From Phycisphaerae bacterium (GTDB lineage Bacteria > Planctomycetota > Phycisphaerae > UBA1845 > Fen-1342), in contig CAXXWX010000026.1 of assembly GCA_963675745.2 (NCBI GenBank), positions 768,001-832,000 of the forward strand: 64,000 bases of DNA, read 5' to 3'. Within the stretch, counting starts at the first letter, position 1. Every line of letters starts with the position of its first letter. Of the stretch, positions 16,898-26,231 are shown in pieces. A program made the translations under genes and the position numbers. The notes below the pieces were generated by a model that did not search any database, was not told the DNA's origin, and worked only from the letters and a program-made list of their open reading frames with translations.

Positions 16898-19840
16898 ATG
16901 GACATCGACAGAGGTGTGAGACCGACGGGTAGCCGACAACTTGTATCGTTCGCCCTGCTGACCGCGTGGCTGCTGTGCGCACCGCTGGCGGCGCTGGCCC
17001 AGGATCCGGAAAACTGCCTCTCCTGCCACCGTTTCCGTGGTCTGAGTCGGCTTGACACAGACACCGGCGAGCTGCGCCTGTTCTTCTGTAGCGCCGAGTA
17101 TTACATGCACCGCCAGGGCGCGCATGCGCGCCTGCGCTGCACCGATTGTCACGAGCGCTCCGAAGTCCGCGTGATCCCGCACAAGGTCGAGACGCGAGTG
17201 GATTGTACGCGCACGTGCCACATCACGCCCGCCGCCACCGGAACGGCGCTCCAGTTCAGCCATCAACGCGTCGCGGATAGCATTGCGCGCAGCAGTCATG
17301 CGCCGGAGAAACTGGAGGGGCTGTTCGACCCGCCGCTGTTGCACGCCGGCCAATCGCAATGCTTGTATTGCCACGATCAGCCGGTGTTCGGCCTTGCGCA
17401 CGGTGTTCCGGAAGGCTTTCTTGATCACAGCGGCGGAACGCGCTGCGACACCTGTCACCGCGAGGAACTGCCGCTCGAGGTCGAGTACTTTGCCAATCAC
17501 GTAGCGGCGCGCATGAAGCCCGCGCGGTCCATCCGCCAACTCGCCCAGGTCTGCGCCGTCTGTCACAGCGACAAGAAGATCGTGGAGCGGTTTGACGGCC
17601 ATGATGCCGTCGCCAGCTATCTGCACAGCTTCCACGGCAAGGCAAGTCTGCTCGGCAGTCACGACACGGCGACCTGTGTCGCCTGCCACTCGACCGAGGC
17701 GGGCGACCAGCACATGATGCTGCCCGCCGACGATCCCGACTCGTCAATCAACCCGGTGCAACTCCCCGACACGTGCCGGACCACCGAATGTCACCCCGGC
17801 TACCCGCCCGAAATGAGCAACGCGGCGGTTCACCTCGAGCTCGATCCAAACAAACGCACGCCTGAGTGGTACGTTGCGGCATTCTTCATCCTGATGACCG
17901 CGACCGTGATGGCCGTGTTCTTTCTGCTGGTTATCCTCGAACTGCTGAGCGCGGCGCTGCGCCGGTCAGACAGCGAGCACCATCGTCTCGCCAGATTGGC
18001 GGGCATGATCCAGGCACATCCGCAGGGCCGCCGGTTGCTGGAGCGCACCACTGTTCACCAGCGCTACCAACACTGGATCCTGGTAGTCTCCTTCGCGGTG
18101 CTGGTTATCACCGGGATGCCGTTGAAGTTCGCCGAGGCCGAGTGGGCGCACACGCTGGCGTATCTGTGCGGCGGCGTCTCCGTGGCCCGGCTGTTTCACC
18201 GCATCGCCGGCGTGGTGCTGATCGCCATCTTTCTGTATCACATAGTCCACCTGCTGGTTCTGCTCGTGCTCCAGATTCGCGCGGACCGCAAACAGGGCAT
18301 CCGCGTGCCGCTTTGGAAACGCATCGTCTTCTCGCCGATGATGCTGACACCCACAGACGCCGTTCAGTTCATCCAATTGATGGCGCATCTGGTGGGCCTG
18401 CGAAAGCGGCGGCCGGCCTTTGGGCGCTACAATTTCGCCGAGAAGTTTGAATACTGGGCGGTCTTCTGGGGCGTGCCGATCATGGGCCTGAGCGGACTGG
18501 CCTTGTGGGGCATGCCGTGGGTGGTCGAGTGGCTCCCCGGCCGGGTGATGAACTTCGCATTCATCATCCATTCCGACGAGGCCTATCTGGCGTTCATCTA
18601 CATCGCGGCGATTCACCTGTTCTCGGTGATCTTCGCGCCGGCCGTATTCCCCCTCTCGCTCGGCACGCTCACCGGCCAGGCGCCCGCCGCCGAATGGGTC
18701 GAGAATCATCGCGGCCAGTTGGAGGAGATTGCCCGCGAGCTCGATGTCACCCCGCCGAAAGATGCGCACACTCCCGCCGGCGGGATCACACAGGCCGGCG
18801 AGTTGATCAGGAATCTGGCGCTGCGCGTTTACAGCGCCGCACTGGCCGGCGCCTATGCCATTCTCGCCTTTGTCTCGCTGCGTTTTCTGATTCTCATGCT
18901 GATCACGCGCGCGACCGCCCCGGTGGAGATTGTCGATATCCCCAAGCGCCTCGATGCCGACGCCTTTTTCGCCGGCGCGCTGGCACCGATTGAGCACAGC
19001 GCCGACCTCGAACATCGCTCGCGCGGCCCCCTCGCCCACTTCCATCAGGTGCCCCAGTGGTTCGAGCCTGATCCACGCGACACATGCGCGACGTCCGGCT
19101 GTCACACACCCCTGCCACACGGTCAGCGGATAGAAGTGCGGGCGTTCCTAAACATGCACGCAACGTTTGTGGATTGCATGGTGTGCCACGCCGAAGAGCG
19201 GCCGGATACGGCGCGCGGCCGCTGGTTCTCTCTGCCGGATCGCGAGTTGCGCGACACCCCGGCCATCCTGCGCGCGGCTGCCCGTCTCGAAAACCAGACC
19301 CGGGCCGATATCGACGATGCGGCCGGGTTTAACGCGGAGCTTGTTCAACTCTTGCAAGAGGCCCTGCCGGCTTCGGGCAATGACGTGCAATTGCAGGACT
19401 GGCTGCTGCGGCTCGAGACAACCTATCCGGGCAGCAAGGTCTGGTCGCGCCTCATCGACGAACTGCGCGGCAAAATCCAAGCACACGTTCGCGGCGAGTA
19501 CGCGGCAAAGATCGGTCTGTACGTTGGCCAGCGGCGCATTGGCGAGCCCGGCGCCGAGCAGCGCCGCGCCACCGCCGATTTCCTGAACGCACCGGGTGAC
19601 ATGACCGAAGCCCGCCGTCAGGAGTTGCTCGATACGGTCCACACGGGCGTACACTCCGTCGGCGCGATGTGTACGCCGTGTCATTCGCAGGACCCAACCC
19701 TGATCGAGATCAGCAAGCTCGGCTATCCGGAGAGCCGCGTGCGCGCCCTGCGCGACAGCCAGATCATGCGCTCGGTGCTGACGATCGAGGCCGGCCAGCC
19801 GTTCTATCTGCCGCTTGACACGGAGAGTGAGCACGAGTGA
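16898..19840 (+). CDS. Multiheme cytochrome c / FdnI-type cytochrome b fusion (CbcL-like) with an extra C-terminal triheme domain (11 heme-c motifs)
   Basis: Signal peptide, then 8 motifs (6 CxxCH, CTRTCH, CRTTECH). Membrane domain with QHW, FHR, EKFEYWA, IHSDEA...IH. A further TM precedes CATSGCH, CMVCH and CTPCH. Confidence 0.85.
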   Translation: MDIDRGVRPTGSRQLVSFALLTAWLLCAPLAALAQDPENCLSCHRFRGLSRLDTDTGELRLFFCSAEYYMHRQGAHARLRCTDCHERSEVRVIPHKVETRVDCTRTCHITPAATGTALQFSHQRVADSIARSSHAPEKLEGLFDPPLLHAGQSQCLYCHDQPVFGLAHGVPEGFLDHSGGTRCDTCHREELPLEVEYFANHVAARMKPARSIRQLAQVCAVCHSDKKIVERFDGHDAVASYLHSFHGKASLLGSHDTATCVACHSTEAGDQHMMLPADDPDSSINPVQLPDTCRTTECHPGYPPEMSNAAVHLELDPNKRTPEWYVAAFFILMTATVMAVFFLLVILELLSAALRRSDSEHHRLARLAGMIQAHPQGRRLLERTTVHQRYQHWILVVSFAVLVITGMPLKFAEAEWAHTLAYLCGGVSVARLFHRIAGVVLIAIFLYHIVHLLVLLVLQIRADRKQGIRVPLWKRIVFSPMMLTPTDAVQFIQLMAHLVGLRKRRPAFGRYNFAEKFEYWAVFWGVPIMGLSGLALWGMPWVVEWLPGRVMNFAFIIHSDEAYLAFIYIAAIHLFSVIFAPAVFPLSLGTLTGQAPAAEWVENHRGQLEEIARELDVTPPKDAHTPAGGITQAGELIRNLALRVYSAALAGAYAILAFVSLRFLILMLITRATAPVEIVDIPKRLDADAFFAGALAPIEHSADLEHRSRGPLAHFHQVPQWFEPDPRDTCATSGCHTPLPHGQRIEVRAFLNMHATFVDCMVCHAEERPDTARGRWFSLPDRELRDTPAILRAAARLENQTRADIDDAAGFNAELVQLLQEALPASGNDVQLQDWLLRLETTYPGSKVWSRLIDELRGKIQAHVRGEYAAKIGLYVGQRRIGEPGAEQRRATADFLNAPGDMTEARRQELLDTVHTGVHSVGAMCTPCHSQDPTLIEISKLGYPESRVRALRDSQIMRSVLTIEAGQPFYLPLDTESEHE

Positions 19841-21765
19841 ATCGTCACCGGCTGCGTCATCCTGGAGTGTGTGTTATGCGTGTAAACCGGCGCGAACGCG
19901 CCGCCATCGGCAGACTGCTGCCCCAAGCTGCACTGGTGGTGGCACTCTTGCTCGGATCTGCGGCCGTCACCGCGTGGGCGGACGATCCGGACAACTGCCT
20001 GCTCTGCCATCAGTATCGCGGGCTGGGGCGTTACATCCCCGAGAGTGACGCAGTCCACCTGTATTTCACCAGTCCCGACTACCAACACCTGCGTCTCGGG
20101 GCTCACGCGCGCATCGCCTGCACCGACTGCCACGAACGCTCCGAAGTTAACGTGATCCCGCACAAACCGGTGTCACGCGTCGATTGCACGCGGCAGTGTC
20201 ATTTGCACAACATGAGCGGCGTGGCGCGGCGGTACACGCATGCCAACGTCGCCGACGCGCTCCAGCAGAGCATCCACAGCTTTGACACGCTCGCGCAACT
20301 GGAGTTCACCGACGGCCCGCTATTGGGCGCGGGGCAGTCCTATTGTCTGTATTGCCACGACGAACCCCTGTACCGCGACCCGGTCGAGCTGATTCCAACG
20401 CTCGAATATGTCGGCGAACACGTATATCGCCGCTGCTACGGGTGCCACGCCGATCAGGTGCCGACCGACACCGACTTCTACTTGCGTCACGTAACCTCGC
20501 GGTTGCAAAACGCTCGGCCGCCGCTCGAGATGGCCCAGGCCTGCGCGGTGTGCCACAGCGACAAGAAAGTCCGCGAGAAGTACGGGCTTCAGGATGGCGT
20601 GGTCCGCTATGCCAGCACGTACCACGGCAAGGCGGCGCTGCTCGGCTCGCACGATACGGCGAACTGCATCAACTGCCACGCCCGCGAGAGCGAGGACACA
20701 CACCTGATTCGTTCGCAGTACGACGAAGCATCGATCAGCCATCCCGACCACAAGGCCGACTCCTGCCGCTCGGTCAATTGTCATCCGGGCGCCGATCGCA
20801 GCATCGGGCGCGCAGCCGTCCACTTGGACGTGCCGACGCTGACCGGCATAGAGATCGGCCTGGTGATCGCTTTCATCATCTTCACCATGCTGACCTTCGG
20901 CCCGTCGCTGGTGCTCACGCTGCTCGAGCTGTTTCAGGTGGTGATCGGACGCCACGTGGCGGACGAGGAACCCATGCGCCGCCTGACGCTCTCGGTGCTG
21001 CGTCATCCCGAAGGTCGCCGGCGTCTGCGGCGCTTCACACCCAGCCAACGCTGGCAACACTGGCTGCTGGCGCTGCTCTTCGCCCTTTTGGTGATTACCG
21101 GCTTCCCGATGAAGTTTGCCGCCGAGCCGTGGGCGCGGCACGTAATCGACACCATCGGCGGGTTGGCCGTGGCGCGGCACATCCACCACTACTCCGGCGT
21201 GGCCCTGGTCGTCGGGTTCGGCCTGCACTTGCTGACCGCGATTGTGCGCATGCTCGCCGCCGCGCTGCGTGCCGGTTCCGACGGCAAGCGCCAGGGGTTG
21301 ATCAAGGCGTTGATCACGATGCCGATGTTTGTCGGCCCCAAGGATCTCATCAAGGGCGGGCAGCTAATGGCCTACCTGCTCTTCCTGCGCAAGAAGCCGC
21401 CGTCGTTCGGGCGCTTCAGCCTCGACCAGAAGTTTGAATATCTCGGGGTGTTCTGGGGCACGATGCTGCTGGGAGTCACCGGCGCCCTGCTCTGGGACAC
21501 GCAGATCAGTTCGCGATTCGTGAGCGGAAACGTGTTTAACCTGGCGCTGATCGCGCACACGTACGAGGCGTTTTTGGCGGTAATTCACGTGGGCATCCTG
21601 CACATCTGTAACGTGGTCTTCGCGCCGCAGGTCTTCCCGTTCTCGCCCGCGACGCTCACTGGGCAGACGCCCATCACGCGTCTGGCCGAGGTTCACGCCG
21701 ATCTGGTCGTCGATGTGGCCCAAGATCTTGGCATCGAGATCCCGAAGGAGGTGTCCCATGCCTGA
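19837..21765 (+). CDS. Multiheme cytochrome c / cytochrome b fusion (CbcL-like paralog, 8 heme-c motifs)
   Basis: CLLCH, CTDCH, CTRQCH, CLYCH, CYGCH, CAVCH, CINCH and CRSVNCH; QHW, IHH, QKFEYLG, AHTYEA...LH. GTGA overlap with the previous gene. Confidence 0.85.
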   Translation: MNRHRLRHPGVCVMRVNRRERAAIGRLLPQAALVVALLLGSAAVTAWADDPDNCLLCHQYRGLGRYIPESDAVHLYFTSPDYQHLRLGAHARIACTDCHERSEVNVIPHKPVSRVDCTRQCHLHNMSGVARRYTHANVADALQQSIHSFDTLAQLEFTDGPLLGAGQSYCLYCHDEPLYRDPVELIPTLEYVGEHVYRRCYGCHADQVPTDTDFYLRHVTSRLQNARPPLEMAQACAVCHSDKKVREKYGLQDGVVRYASTYHGKAALLGSHDTANCINCHARESEDTHLIRSQYDEASISHPDHKADSCRSVNCHPGADRSIGRAAVHLDVPTLTGIEIGLVIAFIIFTMLTFGPSLVLTLLELFQVVIGRHVADEEPMRRLTLSVLRHPEGRRRLRRFTPSQRWQHWLLALLFALLVITGFPMKFAAEPWARHVIDTIGGLAVARHIHHYSGVALVVGFGLHLLTAIVRMLAAALRAGSDGKRQGLIKALITMPMFVGPKDLIKGGQLMAYLLFLRKKPPSFGRFSLDQKFEYLGVFWGTMLLGVTGALLWDTQISSRFVSGNVFNLALIAHTYEAFLAVIHVGILHICNVVFAPQVFPFSPATLTGQTPITRLAEVHADLVVDVAQDLGIEIPKEVSHA

Positions 21766-22939
21766 TCCCACCGCCCCGCGGGATGATCCCTGGCCGGATG
21801 TCGATCCAGAGCTCGCCGCCGAGCATGAGCAGCGGCGGCACGAACAGCAGAAGCACGACGTTGGTCTGTTACGCCGCGTCTACGCACTGTTGCCGATCAT
21901 CGGGGTGCTATATCTGAGTTACCGGGCGATTGCCTATCTGATCGTGGCACTGCTGGTCGAGGAATACGCGCCGCCGAAGCAGTTCACGCAGATCCCGGCC
22001 CGGCTGACGGCCGAGGTATGGCGTACGGCACCCGACCGCTGGCTGGGTAGCGCGCTGGCCGAGAGCCCGCGTGCCCCGCTTTCGCACTATCACCAGATCG
22101 ACGGCTGGTTCCAGCCGGACGCTGTCAACGACTGCACGCGCGCCGGCTGTCACAGTCTGATGCCACACAGTCGGCACAAGGAAGTCCGCGCCTTTCTCAA
22201 CATGCACGCCACCAGCCTGCACTGCGCCGTGTGCCACCTCGACACACCCGCCAAGCCGCTTCCGTTGGTTTGGTACAACCTGAAGGCCGGCGCGATGACC
22301 GACCCGCCCGCGCTATTGCAGGCCTATGGCTGGCTCGAATCCGACGCCGGCGCACAACTGCTGAGCACCCCGACGGCCGACGGCCAGAAACATCTTGTCC
22401 GACTTCTCGAGCAAGCCGCCGCCCAGGCCGGCGACGATCCGTCGCTTACGCGCATGGCGCAGCTCGTGGCCGGCCCGCGCTACACCAGCCGGCAATTCCT
22501 CACCACGGTCGCCAACGTGCGCGCCAGGCTGCCATCGTTTTTCCGCGGCGAGTATGGCGCGAAACTGACGCTGCGCGACCAGGCCACCGGTCGGCCAATA
22601 CACGGCCACCCAGGCGTGGAGAAGCTTGTGCGCGAGTTCATCGCGCGCGGCGATCAGCTTAATGAGCAGGCGCGCGATGACCTGCTCGGCCGCCTCCACC
22701 CGGCCCGCCGATCCGTCACGCTGCAATGTACCGATTGCCATCGTCAGGAGGGTGGCCTGGTCGATCTCGCCGTGGCCGGCTATCCGCCGCAGCGCATCGC
22801 CACTCTGCAACAAGGTTGGATATTCCGTGCCATCGATCACATCATGGAGGGCAATCCCCTGAATCTGCCCGGTTTTCTGGCGTCGCAGAGTAAGGATTCT
22901 CCAGTTCCGCCATCACCGGAGCCACCCGAGGAGCCGTAG
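21758..22939 (+). CDS. Membrane-anchored triheme cytochrome c, homologous to the C-terminal domain of 16898..19840
   Basis: One TM; CTRAGCH, CAVCH and CTDCH. Shares PL.H(Y/F)HQ, EVRAFLNMHAT, RGEY.AK and GYP..R motifs. GGAGG RBS before ATG 21758. Confidence 0.82.
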   Translation: MPDPTAPRDDPWPDVDPELAAEHEQRRHEQQKHDVGLLRRVYALLPIIGVLYLSYRAIAYLIVALLVEEYAPPKQFTQIPARLTAEVWRTAPDRWLGSALAESPRAPLSHYHQIDGWFQPDAVNDCTRAGCHSLMPHSRHKEVRAFLNMHATSLHCAVCHLDTPAKPLPLVWYNLKAGAMTDPPALLQAYGWLESDAGAQLLSTPTADGQKHLVRLLEQAAAQAGDDPSLTRMAQLVAGPRYTSRQFLTTVANVRARLPSFFRGEYGAKLTLRDQATGRPIHGHPGVEKLVREFIARGDQLNEQARDDLLGRLHPARRSVTLQCTDCHRQEGGLVDLAVAGYPPQRIATLQQGWIFRAIDHIMEGNPLNLPGFLASQSKDSPVPPSPEPPEEP

Positions 22940-25900
22940 TGCCCGTCCACCGCCAGAGCTGCGTAGCGCGCGGAGCTTGCTTGCCCGCCGCCGCCCGGAC
23001 GTCCGGGGCTTCTGCTCCCGGCGGAGTGCTGCTGCGCTTCGCCGCCCTGGCAACTCTCGTGATGCTCGCGCCGGCCGGCGTGGCCCTTGGCGATCAGCCC
23101 TGGCCGCTGATCGGCAAGCCAATCCTCACATTCGAAACTCCGCCGGATGACGCACTCTTCATGCCCACCGCCGTAACGATCGCCCCCGACGGCTCGGTCT
23201 ACGTGGTTGATGGCGTAAACGACCGCGTCGTGCATTTCGACGCCCAGGGCCGGCCGCTCGAGCGCATCAGCGCGGTTGGCACCGCCCAACTCAGCAGCCC
23301 GGTTGGCGCACGTGTGGATGCACAGGGACGGCTTTGGATCGCCGACACCGGAAACCACCGTGTACTTGTCCGAAACCCGGATGGTGCATTGGAGCGCGAG
23401 ATCGTGGTTCCGGCGGCGGTGCTGAAAGAACCTCCCGATTTGACCGATCTGGCCATCAGCCCGGACGGCAAAACGGTGTTCCTGGTCGACAACGACCATC
23501 ACCGGATCATCAGTTATGACCTGGCTGACTCGCGAGTGAGCACGTTCGGCACGCTGGGCGAATCTCTCGGGGAGTTTCACTACCCATTCACCATCGCGCT
23601 CGCACCAGACGGCGAGTTGCTGGTGACCGACGTCATCAACGGGCGCATCCAGCGACTCACCCGTGACGGAGTGCCGACCGGGACCGTCGGCGGATATGGC
23701 GTGGATTACGGCCAGCTTTACCGCCCCAAAAGCACCGCGCTCGACGCCGAGCAGGTCGTGTGGATATCCGATGGGACGCTGGACGTTATCCAGGCGTTCA
23801 GATCAGACGGCCGCCTGGTAGACGTGCTGCGCACTGAGGACGGCGAGCCGCTGCGTCTGGATTCGCCGATGGGGCTCGCGTTTGATCCGGACGGCTATTT
23901 GTACGCTGTTGAGCTGGGCGCCGGCCGCGTGCGGAAGTTCGAGATCCTCCGAGATGCCAGCGCCCCCCCGCCGGTCGTCGTGACCCGCCGCGGCACATCA
24001 ACCATCGGCCCCCAGGCGCGTGGCTGCACAATCTGTCACTTCGAATGGGTGCGGCCGCTGGTGAACGGGCAATCCACGCCACTGGCAGACGTACCGCCGA
24101 ACCCACCCGAGCACCCGTGGGTCAGCCGCGCCGAACAATGCCTGAGCTGCCATGACGGCTCTGTCGGCGACGCGCGCCGCCGCGTCTGGGTCGAGCACGG
24201 ACACCGCGTCGGCATCGAGCCCCCCGACAGCATAACGATCCCCGCAGACATGCCGCTGGCCAACGGGAAGCTCGCCTGCCGCACGTGCCATTCGGCCCAC
24301 AGCTCATCGGAGGAACGAACCACGATCGAGGGAATCGTCTTTCTACGCACCGACGAATCGCCCGCCGAATTGTGCAGCAAGTGCCATACGAGTTTCACGG
24401 GAGACGTTTCGGCCGGCATGCACCCGCTGGTCAAGATGCCATTCGAATTGCCCGCGGACCTGGTACACATCGATAGCCCGGAGACACGTTCGCAAATAAC
24501 GTGCCTCGGCTGCCACACGGGCCACGGCGGCGTCCATGATGACCTGCTCGTGCTCAATCCGAACTCCAACGATCTATGCCTGGCCTGCCATCAGAAGCTC
24601 ACGCCCGATCTCTTTGGCCCCGATGTCGTTGGTCGGCACGGACACGCCGTGCGGCTCACCGCCGAGCAGGTCGCGGTTGCTGGTGAGTTAGGCACGCGGC
24701 GTGGTCCTGGCGACGAGCTACTCTGCACGACGTGCCACGTTTCACATAACGCACCAACCGAACACAACCTCCTCGCATTTGATCTCGCCCAGCGCGACGC
24801 ATGCGCCGAATGTCACGTCGAGCAGAATGGTGTGATCGACTCGCCGCACGACATGCGAACCAGCGAACCCGGTGCGGTGGAAGTCGCCGGCGCGCGCGTT
24901 GAATCTTCCGGCGCCTGCGCCGGCTGCCACACCGCCCATCACGCGGGTATCGAGCCGAATCCCACGATCGACGACCCGCGCGGCCTCTGCATGAACTGCC
25001 ACGCCGCCGGGCGCATGGCTGGTGACAGCACACTCGGCCCCCACAATCACCCTGAAAGCGTGTGTACCGATTGCCACGACCCCCACGCCACCGGGTTTGG
25101 GAACTTCCTCACGGCGCGCCCCAGTGAGCGCTGCATCGAGTGCCACGCCGACTATGCCGGCGTGGTCAGCGGTCCCCATGATGTGTCCAACCGCGCGCCC
25201 GCCTGGCCAGCGAGTTCGGTGCAGGCCGGCGACACCTGCCTGGCCTGTCATCGACCGCACGGTGACGCGGCGCAGGGCATGTTCCGCGCCGGGCTGGCCG
25301 AGGATAAGTCGGGTGTGGACGCCGCCTGTCTCGCCTGTCACGCGGCCGCCACGCCGGGCCACGCCAGCGGCATCGCGCTGCTGCACCCGCGTGAAGTCCG
25401 CGCCCTGCACAGCACGCGCGAATTGCCATTCGCCACAGGAAATGACGGCAAGCCACGCGTCGCCTGCAACACCTGTCATGATCCGCATCGCGCTGACGCC
25501 GACACGTCCCTCCTGCGCGTGCGTGACGACCAGACCCTTGAAGACATGTGCCTCACGTGCCATGCCGAACGCGTCAACGTCCACATGATCGGTCATGCGG
25601 AGGATTCGATGCGCCGCGCCGGCTTCGCGGTCGGCGGGTGCCAGCCCTGCCACCTGACGCATGGCGAGCACGACCAGGTCGAGCCGCACATCATGTGGCC
25701 CAAGGCCCTGTCGCAGTTCGAAGGGGCCGAGAACACGCCAATCGCCGACCACTATTGCGTCTCGTGTCACCGCACGGGCGGGCCGGTGGCCCCGCCGGCG
25801 ATCGCTTCACATCCGGAAGTGGAGATGTTCAACCCCGAGCAGCCAGACTCCCCGGGCTTTCTGCCGTTGTTCAACGAGAACGGCGAGGTCGACCCGGCTG

Positions 25901-26130
25901 GCCACATCTCCTGTCGCACGTGCCACCTGACGCATGGACGCAGTGAGCCGGCCCCGCTCGCCCAGTCACTTGCGGACACGGCCGATCGTGAACGCCGCGC
26001 TCGTGCGTGGCACGTCCGTACGCTGGGACCGGCCAATGTCTGCACGACGTGTCATGGTTTTGACGCGCTGCGCCGTTTCATGTATTTCCATGATGCGACT
26101 CGACGGGGCGGGCCGATCGAGAGCCGCTGA
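22939..26130 (+). CDS. NHL-repeat beta-propeller fused to a 20-heme doubled-CXXCH cytochrome c
   Basis: Signal-like N-terminus; ~6 NHL repeats (P.AV.IAPDG.VYV.D..N.RV etc.); 20 CxxCH, 18 of them in 9 CxxCHxxH...CxxCH pairs. Confidence 0.85.
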   Translation: MPVHRQSCVARGACLPAAARTSGASAPGGVLLRFAALATLVMLAPAGVALGDQPWPLIGKPILTFETPPDDALFMPTAVTIAPDGSVYVVDGVNDRVVHFDAQGRPLERISAVGTAQLSSPVGARVDAQGRLWIADTGNHRVLVRNPDGALEREIVVPAAVLKEPPDLTDLAISPDGKTVFLVDNDHHRIISYDLADSRVSTFGTLGESLGEFHYPFTIALAPDGELLVTDVINGRIQRLTRDGVPTGTVGGYGVDYGQLYRPKSTALDAEQVVWISDGTLDVIQAFRSDGRLVDVLRTEDGEPLRLDSPMGLAFDPDGYLYAVELGAGRVRKFEILRDASAPPPVVVTRRGTSTIGPQARGCTICHFEWVRPLVNGQSTPLADVPPNPPEHPWVSRAEQCLSCHDGSVGDARRRVWVEHGHRVGIEPPDSITIPADMPLANGKLACRTCHSAHSSSEERTTIEGIVFLRTDESPAELCSKCHTSFTGDVSAGMHPLVKMPFELPADLVHIDSPETRSQITCLGCHTGHGGVHDDLLVLNPNSNDLCLACHQKLTPDLFGPDVVGRHGHAVRLTAEQVAVAGELGTRRGPGDELLCTTCHVSHNAPTEHNLLAFDLAQRDACAECHVEQNGVIDSPHDMRTSEPGAVEVAGARVESSGACAGCHTAHHAGIEPNPTIDDPRGLCMNCHAAGRMAGDSTLGPHNHPESVCTDCHDPHATGFGNFLTARPSERCIECHADYAGVVSGPHDVSNRAPAWPASSVQAGDTCLACHRPHGDAAQGMFRAGLAEDKSGVDAACLACHAAATPGHASGIALLHPREVRALHSTRELPFATGNDGKPRVACNTCHDPHRADADTSLLRVRDDQTLEDMCLTCHAERVNVHMIGHAEDSMRRAGFAVGGCQPCHLTHGEHDQVEPHIMWPKALSQFEGAENTPIADHYCVSCHRTGGPVAPPAIASHPEVEMFNPEQPDSPGFLPLFNENGEVDPAGHISCRTCHLTHGRSEPAPLAQSLADTADRERRARAWHVRTLGPANVCTTCHGFDALRRFMYFHDATRRGGPIESR

Positions 26131-26231
26131 AACACGCCCCGGCCACTGCGGGCTCATGGATTCGGCTGTGTTCCCCGCTACAATCTTCAGAAATCGAGAC
26201 AATCCCGCCGAAGCAACGGAGAGCCAGACGA

